DNA from: Polyangiaceae bacterium
GTDB lineage: Bacteria; Myxococcota_A; Polyangia; Polyangiales; Polyangiaceae
Length of the DNA: 64,000 nt
Reading direction: 5' to 3'
Assembly (NCBI GenBank): GCA_050287085.1
Contig: JBNKBE010000008.1
Coordinates: 84,431-148,430, forward strand
Shown: in pieces, positions 30,305 through 40,284 of the stretch
Numbering within the stretch: the first letter of the stretch is position 1
Layout: each line of letters opens with the position of its first letter
Program-made: the position numbers and the translations under genes
Notes under the pieces: model-generated
What the model saw: only the letters and a program-made list of their open reading frames with translations
Databases searched by the model: none
What the model was told of the DNA's origin: nothing

Positions 30305-32449
30305 ATGTCCGGATCGCCTGCACCCACTCGCTCCTCTGCGTCGATAAGCCTCCTGATGGCCGGGGCCGTCATCGGGGCGATGGCGGGCACGATGGCGGTG
30401 GCCGGCAGCGAGGCTTCGGCTCTTCTGGGGGGACGCTTTGTGCCCGTTCTCGGCTTGTTGTGGCCGCTGTGGGCACTCGGTAGCGTGGCGGGAGCGGCTC
30501 TGGTGGGGTTGCTTTCGGCGCAACAGGCCTTGTCCTACGCGGTCCTGGCGCTCACGCCTGTGATCGGCTTGCCTACCTGGCTTGTGGCAAGCGAGCTTGC
30601 GCGGCGGGTCTTCACCGTGGGAGGGGCCTTGGGGGCGGCCGCGGCAGCCGGCCTCTATAGCGGCTGCGCGCTATGGGCCGGGATCGTGATTCAAGATCTC
30701 GCCGAACGCGCTCCGCTCTGGGCACGGCGTCCAGCGTCGTATTGGGCCCACGGGCTGCTGGCACTGGTCATGGTGGTGGGGGCGGGCGCGCTCGTCTACA
30801 GCGGCGCCCCTGAGGGCGGAGCTGGAGCGCGGAACATTGCGGGCGCGTTGCTGCGCGAGGGCGTACCGCTAGGAGAAGCTTTTCGAGGGCTCGTGATCGC
30901 GGCCTCGGGTGGCCTCGGTGCGGCGCTCTTGCGCCGCCTCGGCCGCCGACTGTGGTGGGGCGCGGCGCTGGTCGCGGGGTCCGTGGTGTTGGCGGTGGCC
31001 CAGGCGGCAAGCTCGGGCGTCGAGTTTGCGCTTTCACTGGAGGCACACCCGGGGCTCGCTTCGCGATTGTTGCGCGTGCATCAACGCCTGGCGGACGCCG
31101 ATGGGGACGGTTTTGCGGCTGCGTTTGGGGGGGGCGATTGCAACGACAGCGACGCGCGCATCTTTCCTTTGGCGGTGGATGAGCCCGGCAACGGGCTGGA
31201 CGAGGACTGCTCCGGAAAAGACGCCGAGCCAGCTCCGGCTCCGGACGCTGCGCCCCCGGGGGGGCGCGGGCCCAGTGCAGGCGACGAGCGCGGGCAAGGG
31301 GCGCGCGTGCGCGTGAAGAATCTGGTTTTGATAACCGTCGACACGCTGCGCTACGACCTTGGCTACATGGGGCAAACGCGGCCGCTGAGCCCGCGCTTGG
31401 ACGACTTGGCGCGTGAATCCATCGTGTATGAGCGGGCGTACGCGCTGGCTTCGTATACGGGGAAGAGCTTGCCGCCGATGATGATCGGAAAGTACCCGAG
31501 CGAGACCCATCGCGGCTTCATGCATTTCAACAAGTACCCGGCGGAAGACGTCATGGTGCAAGAGCGCTTGCAGGCGGCTGGATTCTGGACCGCGAGCATC
31601 CAGGGGCATTGGTACTTCAAGAAGGACACGGGGCTTGGGCGCGGCTTTGACGTGCTCGATCTCAGCGCGGCGCCGCGCGTGGCCCAGGGCGAAGGGGACC
31701 GGACGGTCAACAGCGATAAGATCACCGACGCGGCTATCGCGGCCTTGCAGCATGCGCCCGAGCAACGCCCGTTCTTCGTCTGGGCCCACTATCTGGACCC
31801 CCACGCCGACTACGTACCTCACGCGGACTTCGATTTTGGTTCCGGTGGGCGGGCTCGCTATGATGGAGAAGTGGCGTTCACCGATCACCACATCGGTCGC
31901 TTGCTGGATGCTATTAGAGCCGATCCGGAACGCGCTCAATCGACTGCCATCGTCGTGACGTCGGACCACGGTGAAGCTTTTGGCGAACACGGCATGTACC
32001 GACATGGTTTCGAGGTGTGGGAAGAGCTGGTCCGGGTGCCGCTCCTGGTGCACGTGCCGGGCGTGGCCGCGCGTCGTCTCAGCGTCCGTCGCAGTGCCAT
32101 TGACGTGGTTCCCACGCTGCTTGCTCTGGTTATGGAGGATCCGTCAGCAGCGCTGGCCGAGCTAAGCGGTCGGCCACTGCAGGCGGATTGGGACGCTACG
32201 GCTCCCGAGCCGCGACCGATCCTTGTCGACATGCCCGCCGGGCCTTACAACAGCGAGCGAACGGCCTGGATTCAGGGGAGCGAAAAGCTTGTCACAACTC
32301 AAATGCGTCCACTCGGGCTCTATGACCTCGCAGCGGATCCTGGAGAGACGAACAATCTTCGGTCCGATAAGGCCCGGGTGGAGGCGGGGCTGGATGCGCT
32401 CAGGGCCTACCGCTCAGGTTTGGACCTGGTGTTTGTCAAGGCGAGGTAG
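30305..32449 (+). CDS. Multi-TM sulfatase/alkaline-phosphatase-superfamily enzyme with a Cys/Asp metal-binding repeat
   Basis: N-terminal TMs; DADGDGF...DCNDSD...NGLDEDC; LITVDTLR, HYLDPH, TSDHGE. Confidence 0.8.
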   Translation: MSGSPAPTRSSASISLLMAGAVIGAMAGTMAVAGSEASALLGGRFVPVLGLLWPLWALGSVAGAALVGLLSAQQALSYAVLALTPVIGLPTWLVASELARRVFTVGGALGAAAAAGLYSGCALWAGIVIQDLAERAPLWARRPASYWAHGLLALVMVVGAGALVYSGAPEGGAGARNIAGALLREGVPLGEAFRGLVIAASGGLGAALLRRLGRRLWWGAALVAGSVVLAVAQAASSGVEFALSLEAHPGLASRLLRVHQRLADADGDGFAAAFGGGDCNDSDARIFPLAVDEPGNGLDEDCSGKDAEPAPAPDAAPPGGRGPSAGDERGQGARVRVKNLVLITVDTLRYDLGYMGQTRPLSPRLDDLARESIVYERAYALASYTGKSLPPMMIGKYPSETHRGFMHFNKYPAEDVMVQERLQAAGFWTASIQGHWYFKKDTGLGRGFDVLDLSAAPRVAQGEGDRTVNSDKITDAAIAALQHAPEQRPFFVWAHYLDPHADYVPHADFDFGSGGRARYDGEVAFTDHHIGRLLDAIRADPERAQSTAIVVTSDHGEAFGEHGMYRHGFEVWEELVRVPLLVHVPGVAARRLSVRRSAIDVVPTLLALVMEDPSAALAELSGRPLQADWDATAPEPRPILVDMPAGPYNSERTAWIQGSEKLVTTQMRPLGLYDLAADPGETNNLRSDKARVEAGLDALRAYRSGLDLVFVKAR

Positions 32450-32833
32450 CCGCGCTGGGTGGGTGGGCCTTGTTAGAAACTTCACGCCCTGTGGTCTCGT
32501 AGTCCACGGGTGGGTTCCGCGTCTTGGGTTGTACACCCGGCTCGCAGGCGGCTCGTATGCGAGCCGGGCCAGAGCTCCTGCTGGACGAGCACAAGTACAT
32601 AGTGGACTGCGACGAGGACCCGGGTGTACGCTTCAAAGTGTAAAGCTCAGGAGCTGCGAGGGGCCGCGCCTGATGCATGAGTTGGCACTGGCGCAACGTT
32701 TGCGCGGGAGGTCGGATTGCGAGGGATCGGAGATATCGCACGTGATACGGGGCCACCTGGCTGTCGTCGGGTAAATGGAGTCCGCTCGGACAGGGAAGTG
32801 GTCCGACTCGGATCTTTGGGAAGGGAGACCCAA

Positions 32834-33421
32834 TTGGGAAAATCAGAGCTCGATGTGTTGGACAGGCTGCGGGCCCTAGAGTGGCCGCCCGCGTTGGCCC
32901 AAGCCAACGCAAGATTGTCGTTGGAGCAAGCGTATGTGGCCGGAAAGCTCATCCGTGAGGAGGTGTACCCGGCCAACGAAGACCTGGCGGGGAGCGCCCG
33001 CTTCACCCTGCGTCGCCTTCAGGGGTTGGTACTACCCAGAGCGAGCTTTGCCACCTTGGCTCGCTGCGTGCAGATCTACGACGCGTGCACACGCTTGGGC
33101 ATGACACCGCCTCTCAAAGGCGTGAAGGCCGGGCATCTGCTCAACATGACGCACCTCAGTCCAGCAGCTCAGCGGCAGCTGGTGCAGCGTCTGCGCGATG
33201 AGCAGTGGTCGGTTCGCGAGCTTCGCGAGACGGCCGGGCGCACCTCGGGGCGCCTGCGACTGAGCGGGCTGCGTCGAGCGCTCGCCATTCTGGGAGCCGA
33301 GACGCTCGAGGACGAGCTCGAGACACTGGCTCGGGTCGATCGCGCCCAGGCGCGCGAGCTCAAACAGAAGCTGGCGTTGGCTCGCCGCACGCTGGCGCGC
33401 CTCGAAGCCGCGTTACCCTGA
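32834..33421 (+). CDS. Hypothetical helical protein, DUF1016-N-like
   Basis: ggag RBS then TTG at 32834; SFATLARCVQIY...GHL...EQWSVRELR. Confidence 0.55.
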   Translation: MGKSELDVLDRLRALEWPPALAQANARLSLEQAYVAGKLIREEVYPANEDLAGSARFTLRRLQGLVLPRASFATLARCVQIYDACTRLGMTPPLKGVKAGHLLNMTHLSPAAQRQLVQRLRDEQWSVRELRETAGRTSGRLRLSGLRRALAILGAETLEDELETLARVDRAQARELKQKLALARRTLARLEAALP

Positions 33422-33465
33422 GCACCGGATGCGTGCCGACGCTGGGGAAAGCCCCGGCGTCGAGC

Positions 33466-34653
33466 TCACGGTGCCGTTTTCGGAGTCGTGGCGCGCGGCT
33501 CAACCTTGCGCAGCCGCGCCAGGGCTTTCGTCGCGGCGGTCGCTACCCGCGGGGAGGGCTGACCCGCCAGGGTGGTGAGCAAGGCCACCGTTTCAGCGTC
33601 TGGGAATTGGCGGCCGAGTTGGCTCAGGCAGACGGCCCGAGCGCTCTCAGCGACCTCGCGGTCGGACGCGACTTGAGTCAGCAGCCTTCGAAGCCGTTCG
33701 CATTGCGCGACGGTTCCGGTGGCGCTGGGCCCGTGGCACAGGCCGTCCACGGCGCTCGCGAAGCCCTCCGCGACCGCCTTGCTCTTGTACCGCCGGGCCA
33801 GATCGGTCAACACGACGTCAACGCCCGCCGCGCCGCAGCCCACCGCCACGCGAGCGAGCCTGAGCGCCACCAGGGGGCGAGGGTCGGCGATGTGGCTCAG
33901 GGCGAGGGCACAAGCTGGGCTCCCGGCGGCGCGTTCCGCTGCGGGCAGTTGCTGCAGATTGTTGACCCCCGCTGCAGCGACGTGGGCGTCGGGATCGTCG
34001 AGCAGCTCGGTCACCTTGGCCAAGGTCTTGGGGCCTCCCTCGACCGCTAGTTTGGAGTAGCCCGAAGCTCGCTGATGGCGGTCCAGCCGGTCGAGCATCG
34101 CGTACAGTTCGGCTTCAACACCTGCGGCCATGGCTGCGTGAACGCTGAGCGGAATTGCGGCGCTCACAATGGGCTTGGGCAGTGCGGGGACAATGGCGAT
34201 GAGCCTTTTGGCCAGGGCTTTCTCAACCACGCCCCGGCCTGCGCCGAAGCCCTCCCGGAACGCGCCGTAAGCCACGCGCGCCGCGACGATCCGAAGCTTC
34301 GGATCGCTTGATTCGAGGGCGTTGACAAGGGCCGGTAGAGTCGTGCTCAGCGCTTCTCCGGACTGCACGCGCCGTATCAAGCGGCGGTAGTTGTCGTTCT
34401 CGCAGCTCTTGATCAAACCGTGGCGCTCGTTGAAACGGCAGTGCGTGATCAGATCGGCCAGCGCCACCGAAAACGGGCTGCTGTCGGTGGTGTCGGCGGC
34501 CGCCGAAGGCGCCGAGGGCGTGGCAGGGCTGGAGCTGGCGCTGGGGGTGCTGCGCTCCGCGGTGCGGCAGCCTGCGCATGGCAATAGGGAGAGCCAGATA
34601 AACCCAAAGACGCGGGCCCGACTTCGGGCACGAGCGAGGGAAGCTCGTAACAT
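33466..34653 (-). CDS. HEAT-repeat lipoprotein
   Basis: Lipobox-like CAGC; HEAT-like repeats SSDPKLRIVAA, DDPDAHVAAAG, DPRPLVA. Confidence 0.7.
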   Translation of the reverse strand: MLRASLARARSRARVFGFIWLSLLPCAGCRTAERSTPSASSSPATPSAPSAAADTTDSSPFSVALADLITHCRFNERHGLIKSCENDNYRRLIRRVQSGEALSTTLPALVNALESSDPKLRIVAARVAYGAFREGFGAGRGVVEKALAKRLIAIVPALPKPIVSAAIPLSVHAAMAAGVEAELYAMLDRLDRHQRASGYSKLAVEGGPKTLAKVTELLDDPDAHVAAAGVNNLQQLPAAERAAGSPACALALSHIADPRPLVALRLARVAVGCGAAGVDVVLTDLARRYKSKAVAEGFASAVDGLCHGPSATGTVAQCERLRRLLTQVASDREVAESARAVCLSQLGRQFPDAETVALLTTLAGQPSPRVATAATKALARLRKVEPRATTPKTAP

Positions 34654-34716
34654 GTTGTGCCGGATAGCTGCGCCCGGGACCTTTGGCAAGGGGCTCCGCA
34701 GGGGGGCATGGGCCGC

Positions 34717-34776
34717 GTCAGACCCTGACGCCAGACCCCGACGTCAGACCCCGACGTCAGACCCCGACGCCAGACC
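34717..34776. repeat. 13-bp tandem repeat x4.6 in a divergent intergenic region
   Basis: g(t/c)cagacc(c)(c/t)gac units. Confidence 0.85.
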
Positions 34777-34816
34777 GTGGCTTGCCCAACTGAGGCTGTG
34801 CTAGGCTCGCGGCGCG

Positions 34817-35872
34817 ATGACTTGGAAGACCGACGATGTCCGCATCCGCAACTTGCGCCCGCTGCTGCCCCCGGCGGTATTGATGGAGGAGCTGCCGCTT
34901 TCAGCCGAGCACGCCGAGTTCGTGTCCGAGCAACGCCGTCAGATCGCCGCGGTGGTCGCAGGGGAGGACGAGCGGCTGCTGGTGGTGGTGGGGCCTTGTT
35001 CAGTCCACGATCCAAAAGCCGCTCTCGAGTACGCGCGAAAGCTCAAGCCCGTGGCGGATCAAACCCGCGACGATCTGCTGATCGTCATGCGAACGTACTT
35101 CGAAAAGCCACGCACCACCGTGGGGTGGAAAGGCCTCATCAACGATCCGCATCTCGACGGCTCGTTTGCCATCAATCACGGACTCCGCTTGGCGCGAGAG
35201 CTGTTGCGCGACATCATCACTCTCGGGTTGGCGCCTGCCACCGAGTTCTTGGATCCTATCAGTCCTCAGTTTGTGGCTGATCTAGTGTGCTGGGGCGCGA
35301 TCGGCGCGAGGACTTCCGAGAGCCAGGTCCATCGCGAACTAGCAAGCGGGTTGTCCATGCCGGTTGGTTTCAAGAACGGCACTGGAGGTTCCATCGATAT
35401 TGCGGTGGATGCGATCCGTTCCAGTCGTCACTCCCATCACTTCCTCTCGGTGAGCAAGGAGGGTTTGGCCGCTATCGTTGAGACCCAAGGCAATCCGAGC
35501 ACTCACCTCATCTTGCGAGGCGGCGGGGGACGCCCGAATCACGATTCGGAGAGCGTCGCCCACGCCGTAGCAAAGCTGACAGCGGCGGGACTCCCAGCCG
35601 GCCTGATGGTCGATTGCAGCCACGCCAACAGCGGCAAAGTGCCAGAACGACAACCGGAGGTTGCCGGCGAACTCGCCGAGCGGATCGAAGCTGGAGATCG
35701 CGCCTTGATGGGCGTGATGCTGGAGAGCTTTCTGCTTGGGGGCAGTCAAACAGTGGACCCACGCAGGCCGCTGGTATTTGGTCAGAGCATCACCGACGCT
35801 TGTCTCGGTTGGGAGCAAACTGTCCCGGTTCTTGAGCGTCTGGCGTTGGCGGCGCGGAAGCGCCGCGGCTGA
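34817..35872 (+). CDS. DAHP synthase, class I-alpha (AroF/AroG/AroH type)
   Basis: GPCSVHD, YFEKPRTTVGWKG, IGARTSESQVHR, DCSHANS, GQSITDAC. Confidence 0.95.
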   Translation: MTWKTDDVRIRNLRPLLPPAVLMEELPLSAEHAEFVSEQRRQIAAVVAGEDERLLVVVGPCSVHDPKAALEYARKLKPVADQTRDDLLIVMRTYFEKPRTTVGWKGLINDPHLDGSFAINHGLRLARELLRDIITLGLAPATEFLDPISPQFVADLVCWGAIGARTSESQVHRELASGLSMPVGFKNGTGGSIDIAVDAIRSSRHSHHFLSVSKEGLAAIVETQGNPSTHLILRGGGGRPNHDSESVAHAVAKLTAAGLPAGLMVDCSHANSGKVPERQPEVAGELAERIEAGDRALMGVMLESFLLGGSQTVDPRRPLVFGQSITDACLGWEQTVPVLERLALAARKRRG

Positions 35873-35919
35873 CGCGGAAGCCAGGCGCCGCCGACTCCGC
35901 CAGGGAGTAGCTACCGCCG

Positions 35920-36624
35920 TCACTCCTCCAGAGAGCGGTTGTAGATAAGCATGTCCACGAGGGCCCCGCAGCTGGTGCTGTAGGCCTCCACCCATGCCTT
36001 GCAGTCGGCGCTCCAGCAGTCCTCCTCCTGGTAGCGGCTCAGGTCGCGACAGCCAAGATCCGCGAGGTAACCCGCCAGACCCTCGCTGGCAGCGAGACAG
36101 ACCTCTCGGTGGGTCGGACTGAGATAAGCGACTACGGCTTGCACATCGGACGGACTCGGGGCCCAGCACGCGTCGTCCTTCCGGTCGCAGGCGATGAGGT
36201 GCTCGCAATGCTCCAGGCTCGAGAAACTGTCGATCAGGGCGTGGGTGATGCCGCAGGTCCCCCCGGGGCTCGGGTCGAGGCCTGCGTCCGGGTCTCGAAC
36301 GGCCGACGGCCCAGCATCCGCTCGCGCGTCTGCGGAGCGCGCGCTACCGGCGTCGCGCCCTGCCGCCCTGGCGTTGGTCGGCACGTAGCTCTTGGTGCAA
36401 TCGTCTGACGCTGCGTAGGGTTGCTGCTCGCGCTCCGGACCCTGATGGCTGCAGCAGACGAGCCAGAGCGCGCTCGGAATCCAGCACCAGGACCCAAATC
36501 GCCAGCGCGGCGGCGTTTGATGGGATTTGAGACGGGCTGCGAATGTCAGGGCATGCGCGGATGGGCGTGGTGGCATCGGCAAGGGAAGGGGGGCCGTTTT
36601 GGACGAAGGCGGGGATGCGTTCAC
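35920..36624 (-). CDS. Hypothetical Cys-rich lipoprotein
   Basis: LVCCS lipobox-like site, DAG-rich linker, Cys-spaced C-terminal domain; start uncertain. Confidence 0.55.
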   Translation of the reverse strand: MNASPPSSKTAPLPLPMPPRPSAHALTFAARLKSHQTPPRWRFGSWCWIPSALWLVCCSHQGPEREQQPYAASDDCTKSYVPTNARAAGRDAGSARSADARADAGPSAVRDPDAGLDPSPGGTCGITHALIDSFSSLEHCEHLIACDRKDDACWAPSPSDVQAVVAYLSPTHREVCLAASEGLAGYLADLGCRDLSRYQEEDCWSADCKAWVEAYSTSCGALVDMLIYNRSLEE

Positions 36625-36849
36625 AGCCGGGACTTACCATGTCGTCGTCGAATGCGCGTCATCAGCTGCAGCGGCGCGTTAGCACTCTCTATTTGGAACG
36701 CGGTATTGCGATTGACAGCACAACAATTTTCCGACTATCCGGCTGTGCCAAACGGCGCCCGCTTTGGGCGGAAGGCGGCCGCGCCAGATCTTGGAGCCAC
36801 AGGGCTTCCAGCGCTTCGCGGCGGTGGCACAGAACGGATCCCAATCGTC

Positions 36850-38937
36850 ATGACTGACCTCAGCAAGTATCGAAACATCGGCATCTTCGCGCATGTAGAC
36901 GCGGGCAAGACCACCACCACCGAGCGCATCCTCAAGCTCACCGGCAAGATCCACAAGATCGGCGAGGTGCATGATGGCGCGGCGACCACCGACTTCATGG
37001 AGCAGGAGCAGGAGCGCGGCATCACCATCCAGTCCGCCGCCACGACGTGCTTCTGGAAGGAACACCGCTTCAACATCATCGACACCCCCGGCCACGTCGA
37101 CTTCACCATCGAGGTCTACCGCTCGCTGAAGGTGTTGGACGGAGGCATTGGCGTGTTCTGCGGCTCTGGCGGCGTTGAGCCCCAGTCGGAGACGAACTGG
37201 CGTTATGCTAACGACAGCGGCGTTGCACGCATCATCTACGTAAACAAGCTCGATCGTCTCGGGGCGGACTTCTACCGCGTAGTCAAGCAGGTCAAGGACG
37301 TGCTGGCAGCCAAGCCTTTGGTCATGGTGCTGCCCATCGGCACCGAGAGCGAGTTTGTTGGCGTGGTGGACCTGCTGACACGCAAGTCCTACGTTTGGGA
37401 CGACTCGGGTCGGCCTGAGAACTTCACCGTGGGTGAGGTTCCCGCGGACATGGTCGACGACGTGGAAAAGTTTCGCGCCGAGCTGATCGAGACGGCGGTT
37501 GAACAGGACGACGACCTGATGGCCGCTTACCTCGAAGGCCAAGAGCCAAGCGTCGAGGACATCAAGCGCTGCATTCGCACGGGCACCATCAAGCTCGTGT
37601 TCTTTCCCACGTACTGCGGTTCGTCTTTCAAGAACAAAGGTGTTCAGCTGGTGTTGGACGCCGTGGTGGACTACCTGCCCGATCCGACCGAGGTCGATCC
37701 GCAGCCGGAAGTCGATCTGGAAGGGAACGAGACGGGCAAGTTTGCCAAGGTGGATCCCGCCGAGCCATTCCGCGCGCTCGCGTTCAAGATCATGGATGAC
37801 CGCTTTGGTAGTTTGACCTTCACGCGCATCTACTCTGGGCGTATTGCCAAGGGGGATACGGTGCTCAATACCGCGACGGGCAAGACCGAGCGTATCGGTC
37901 GCATGGTGGAGATGCACGCCAACGATCGCACTATGGTCGAGTCGGCCCAGGCTGGGGACATTGTGGCCATCGTGGGGCTCAAGAACGTACGCACCGGCCA
38001 CACGCTGTGCGACGAAAAGAATCCGGCCACCCTCGAGCCGATGGTGTTCCCCGATCCAGTCATTTCTGTATCGATTACCCCGAAGGATAAGGCCAACAGC
38101 GAGAAGCTCAGCACCGCGCTTGGCAAGATGGTGGCCGAAGATCCTTCGTTTCACGTGGAGGTCGATCAGGAATCGGGCGAGACCATTCTCAAGGGTATGG
38201 GCGAGCTCCACCTCGACATCAAGGTGGACATCCTCAAGCGTACCCACGGCGTTGAAGCCACGGTGGGCACGCCGCGAGTGGCCTACCGCGAGACGATCAC
38301 CAAGGTTGTCAGTGACAGCTACACCCACAAGAAGCAGACGGGTGGTTCTGGTCAATACGCGAAGATCGACTACACCATCGAGCCGCTCGAGTCGGGCTCC
38401 GGATTTGTCTTCGAGTCATCGGTCGTCGGTGGCAACGTACCGAAGGAATTCGTGCCCGCCGTTGAGAAGGGCTTCAAGGTGATGATGGAGAAGGGACCGC
38501 TGGTTGGATTCCCCTTGCTTGATGTCAAGGTGACGCTCACCGACGGTGGCTTCCACGCTGTTGACTCTTCTCAGATGGCCTTCGAGGTTGCGGCCAAGGC
38601 GGCCTATCGCCAGACCACGCCGAAGTGCGCTCCGCAGCTGCTGGAGCCCATTATGAAGGTTGACGTCTTCGTTCCGGACGCGAACGTGGGCGACGTGATC
38701 GGCGACTTGAATCGTCGCCGCGGCATGATCAAGACGCAGGAGCCGACTCCGACGGCGGTTCGCATCAAGGCGGACGTGCCGCTGGGGGAAATGTTCGGAT
38801 ACATCGGGGATCTGCGCTCCAATACGGCGGGTCGTGGTCAGTTCTCGATGGAGTTCTCCCACTACGCGTCGGTGCCCAATAGCGTGCTTGAAAAGGTCCG
38901 CGAAGAGGTTGCCGCGCGCGAAGCAGCGAAGAAGTAG
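36850..38937 (+). CDS. fusA: Elongation factor G (stand-alone paralogue)
   Basis: [46 protein letters not shown] at 36850. Confidence 0.96.
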   Translation: MTDLSKYRNIGIFAHVDAGKTTTTERILKLTGKIHKIGEVHDGAATTDFMEQEQERGITIQSAATTCFWKEHRFNIIDTPGHVDFTIEVYRSLKVLDGGIGVFCGSGGVEPQSETNWRYANDSGVARIIYVNKLDRLGADFYRVVKQVKDVLAAKPLVMVLPIGTESEFVGVVDLLTRKSYVWDDSGRPENFTVGEVPADMVDDVEKFRAELIETAVEQDDDLMAAYLEGQEPSVEDIKRCIRTGTIKLVFFPTYCGSSFKNKGVQLVLDAVVDYLPDPTEVDPQPEVDLEGNETGKFAKVDPAEPFRALAFKIMDDRFGSLTFTRIYSGRIAKGDTVLNTATGKTERIGRMVEMHANDRTMVESAQAGDIVAIVGLKNVRTGHTLCDEKNPATLEPMVFPDPVISVSITPKDKANSEKLSTALGKMVAEDPSFHVEVDQESGETILKGMGELHLDIKVDILKRTHGVEATVGTPRVAYRETITKVVSDSYTHKKQTGGSGQYAKIDYTIEPLESGSGFVFESSVVGGNVPKEFVPAVEKGFKVMMEKGPLVGFPLLDVKVTLTDGGFHAVDSSQMAFEVAAKAAYRQTTPKCAPQLLEPIMKVDVFVPDANVGDVIGDLNRRRGMIKTQEPTPTAVRIKADVPLGEMFGYIGDLRSNTAGRGQFSMEFSHYASVPNSVLEKVREEVAAREAAKK

Positions 38938-39040
38938 GCGAGCCCTTCATGGGCAGGAGCGGGGCGTCGTGCGGCGCCCCGTTCGCCTTTTGTGTGCTTC
39001 GAGTGTGGGGCCTCTGGCATCAAAGGCTCGACACCCTTTC

Positions 39041-40168
39041 TCAGGGGGTCTGTGGTGTAGCGTTTGCTTCAGCGGGCTCGGGCTCAAGCAGCCGTTGGAA
39101 GACTGCCCCCGCCAGGGGCGCCGCTGATTGTGAGGAGGGTGCTGCCCCCAAGGCGACCACCGCCACCACCACTTCAGGGCGCGAGGCGGGAGCCCATCCG
39201 ACGAACCAGGCGTTTTGGGTGCTCTCGCTGTCGGGTAGGGCAAACGCGCCACTTTCGGCAGTGCCCGTCTTGCCCGCCAGGTCCAGATGGGGGACCGCCG
39301 CGGCGCGGCCCGTGCCGTCTTCGCCAGCGACTACCCGGCGCAGACCTTGTAGGATCGGACCGTAGGCGGCAGGTGCGCCGGGGCTGGTCAAACGCGTCCC
39401 TAGTTGCCAATAGGCCTGAGCCAGTTCGGAGAGGGAGACATGGAGTGGCCCGTGGCCGGTGCCCACGAGGGGAGCCCAGACTCGGTCGCTATAGTCGCGT
39501 TTACCTTGCAGCGTTGCAAAGGGCTGGAGGTTGGGCGGGCTGCCGCTTTCGTTCGAGAACCCATACGCGTTCAGACCGGTTTGCAGCTTCTCATAGCCGA
39601 GCAGATCTGCCACGCGGTAGAAGAAGGCGTTGCAGGACACTTCGAGCGCGTGAGGGAGGTCGAGCGGGCCGTGGGCCGCGAAGCATTGTAGACCTTCTGC
39701 GTACCGTCCCCGGCAGTGGTAGGGCTCGTCCATCGCTACGTGGTTGTCGGCTGCGATGGTGGCGAGTATTGGCTTGAGCGTTGAGCCGGGGCGCATGCGC
39801 GCGTCAGGGCTTGCGCCGCCGAGGCCGACGCGCGCCCGCACGACGCCGCGTATGATGACCACCGCAGCTACGGGAAAGTGTCGGGTCACCTCGGATGCGA
39901 GAAGGGCCTGCTGGATCCGATGCGCCAGCGTATCGCCGGAGGCGTGACTCCAGTCGGGAAAAAGCAAGGAAGCGACGCCGGACTGGCCTGGAGGGGGCGT
40001 AGCCATGAGCGACCAGGGTTCCTGGGCGCTTGCGGGAGCCAGGCCTCGGGGCGCTGAGGCGTGGGCAGCGGACTCGGCATCGGGAATCGCTGCGGCTCGG
40101 GGGGCCGGCGCACTGTTGCAGCCCGTGCAGAGCGCACAAGCGAGGATCCAGCTGAGGGCGTGACGCAT
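39041..40168 (-). CDS. Lipoprotein with a stand-alone penicillin-binding transpeptidase domain
   Basis: LCTGC lipobox; SxxK (PGSTLKP), SxN (SCN), KTG (GKTGT). Confidence 0.85.
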   Translation of the reverse strand: MRHALSWILACALCTGCNSAPAPRAAAIPDAESAAHASAPRGLAPASAQEPWSLMATPPPGQSGVASLLFPDWSHASGDTLAHRIQQALLASEVTRHFPVAAVVIIRGVVRARVGLGGASPDARMRPGSTLKPILATIAADNHVAMDEPYHCRGRYAEGLQCFAAHGPLDLPHALEVSCNAFFYRVADLLGYEKLQTGLNAYGFSNESGSPPNLQPFATLQGKRDYSDRVWAPLVGTGHGPLHVSLSELAQAYWQLGTRLTSPGAPAAYGPILQGLRRVVAGEDGTGRAAAVPHLDLAGKTGTAESGAFALPDSESTQNAWFVGWAPASRPEVVVAVVALGAAPSSQSAAPLAGAVFQRLLEPEPAEANATPQTP

Positions 40169-40284
40169 GTCGGCCACCGTACAGGAAGGCCAGGGTGCGG
40201 GCAAAGCAGGCCAGTGGGACACCGCAATGCGCCGGCGAGCGCGACGGCGTTTCCTTCAGGGTCAGGTGGGGCTATGCTGTCGCC

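Noticed and set aside
36694..36709. Sigma-54 promoter upstream of fusA (tggaacgcggtattgc)
   Set aside because: GG-to-GC spacing is 11 nt rather than the required 10
36679..38355. Long antisense ORFs (558 aa opposite fusA; similarly 60348-61745 opposite ileS and 31034-32053)
   Set aside because: Shadow ORFs expected from high-GC codon bias opposite well-supported genes
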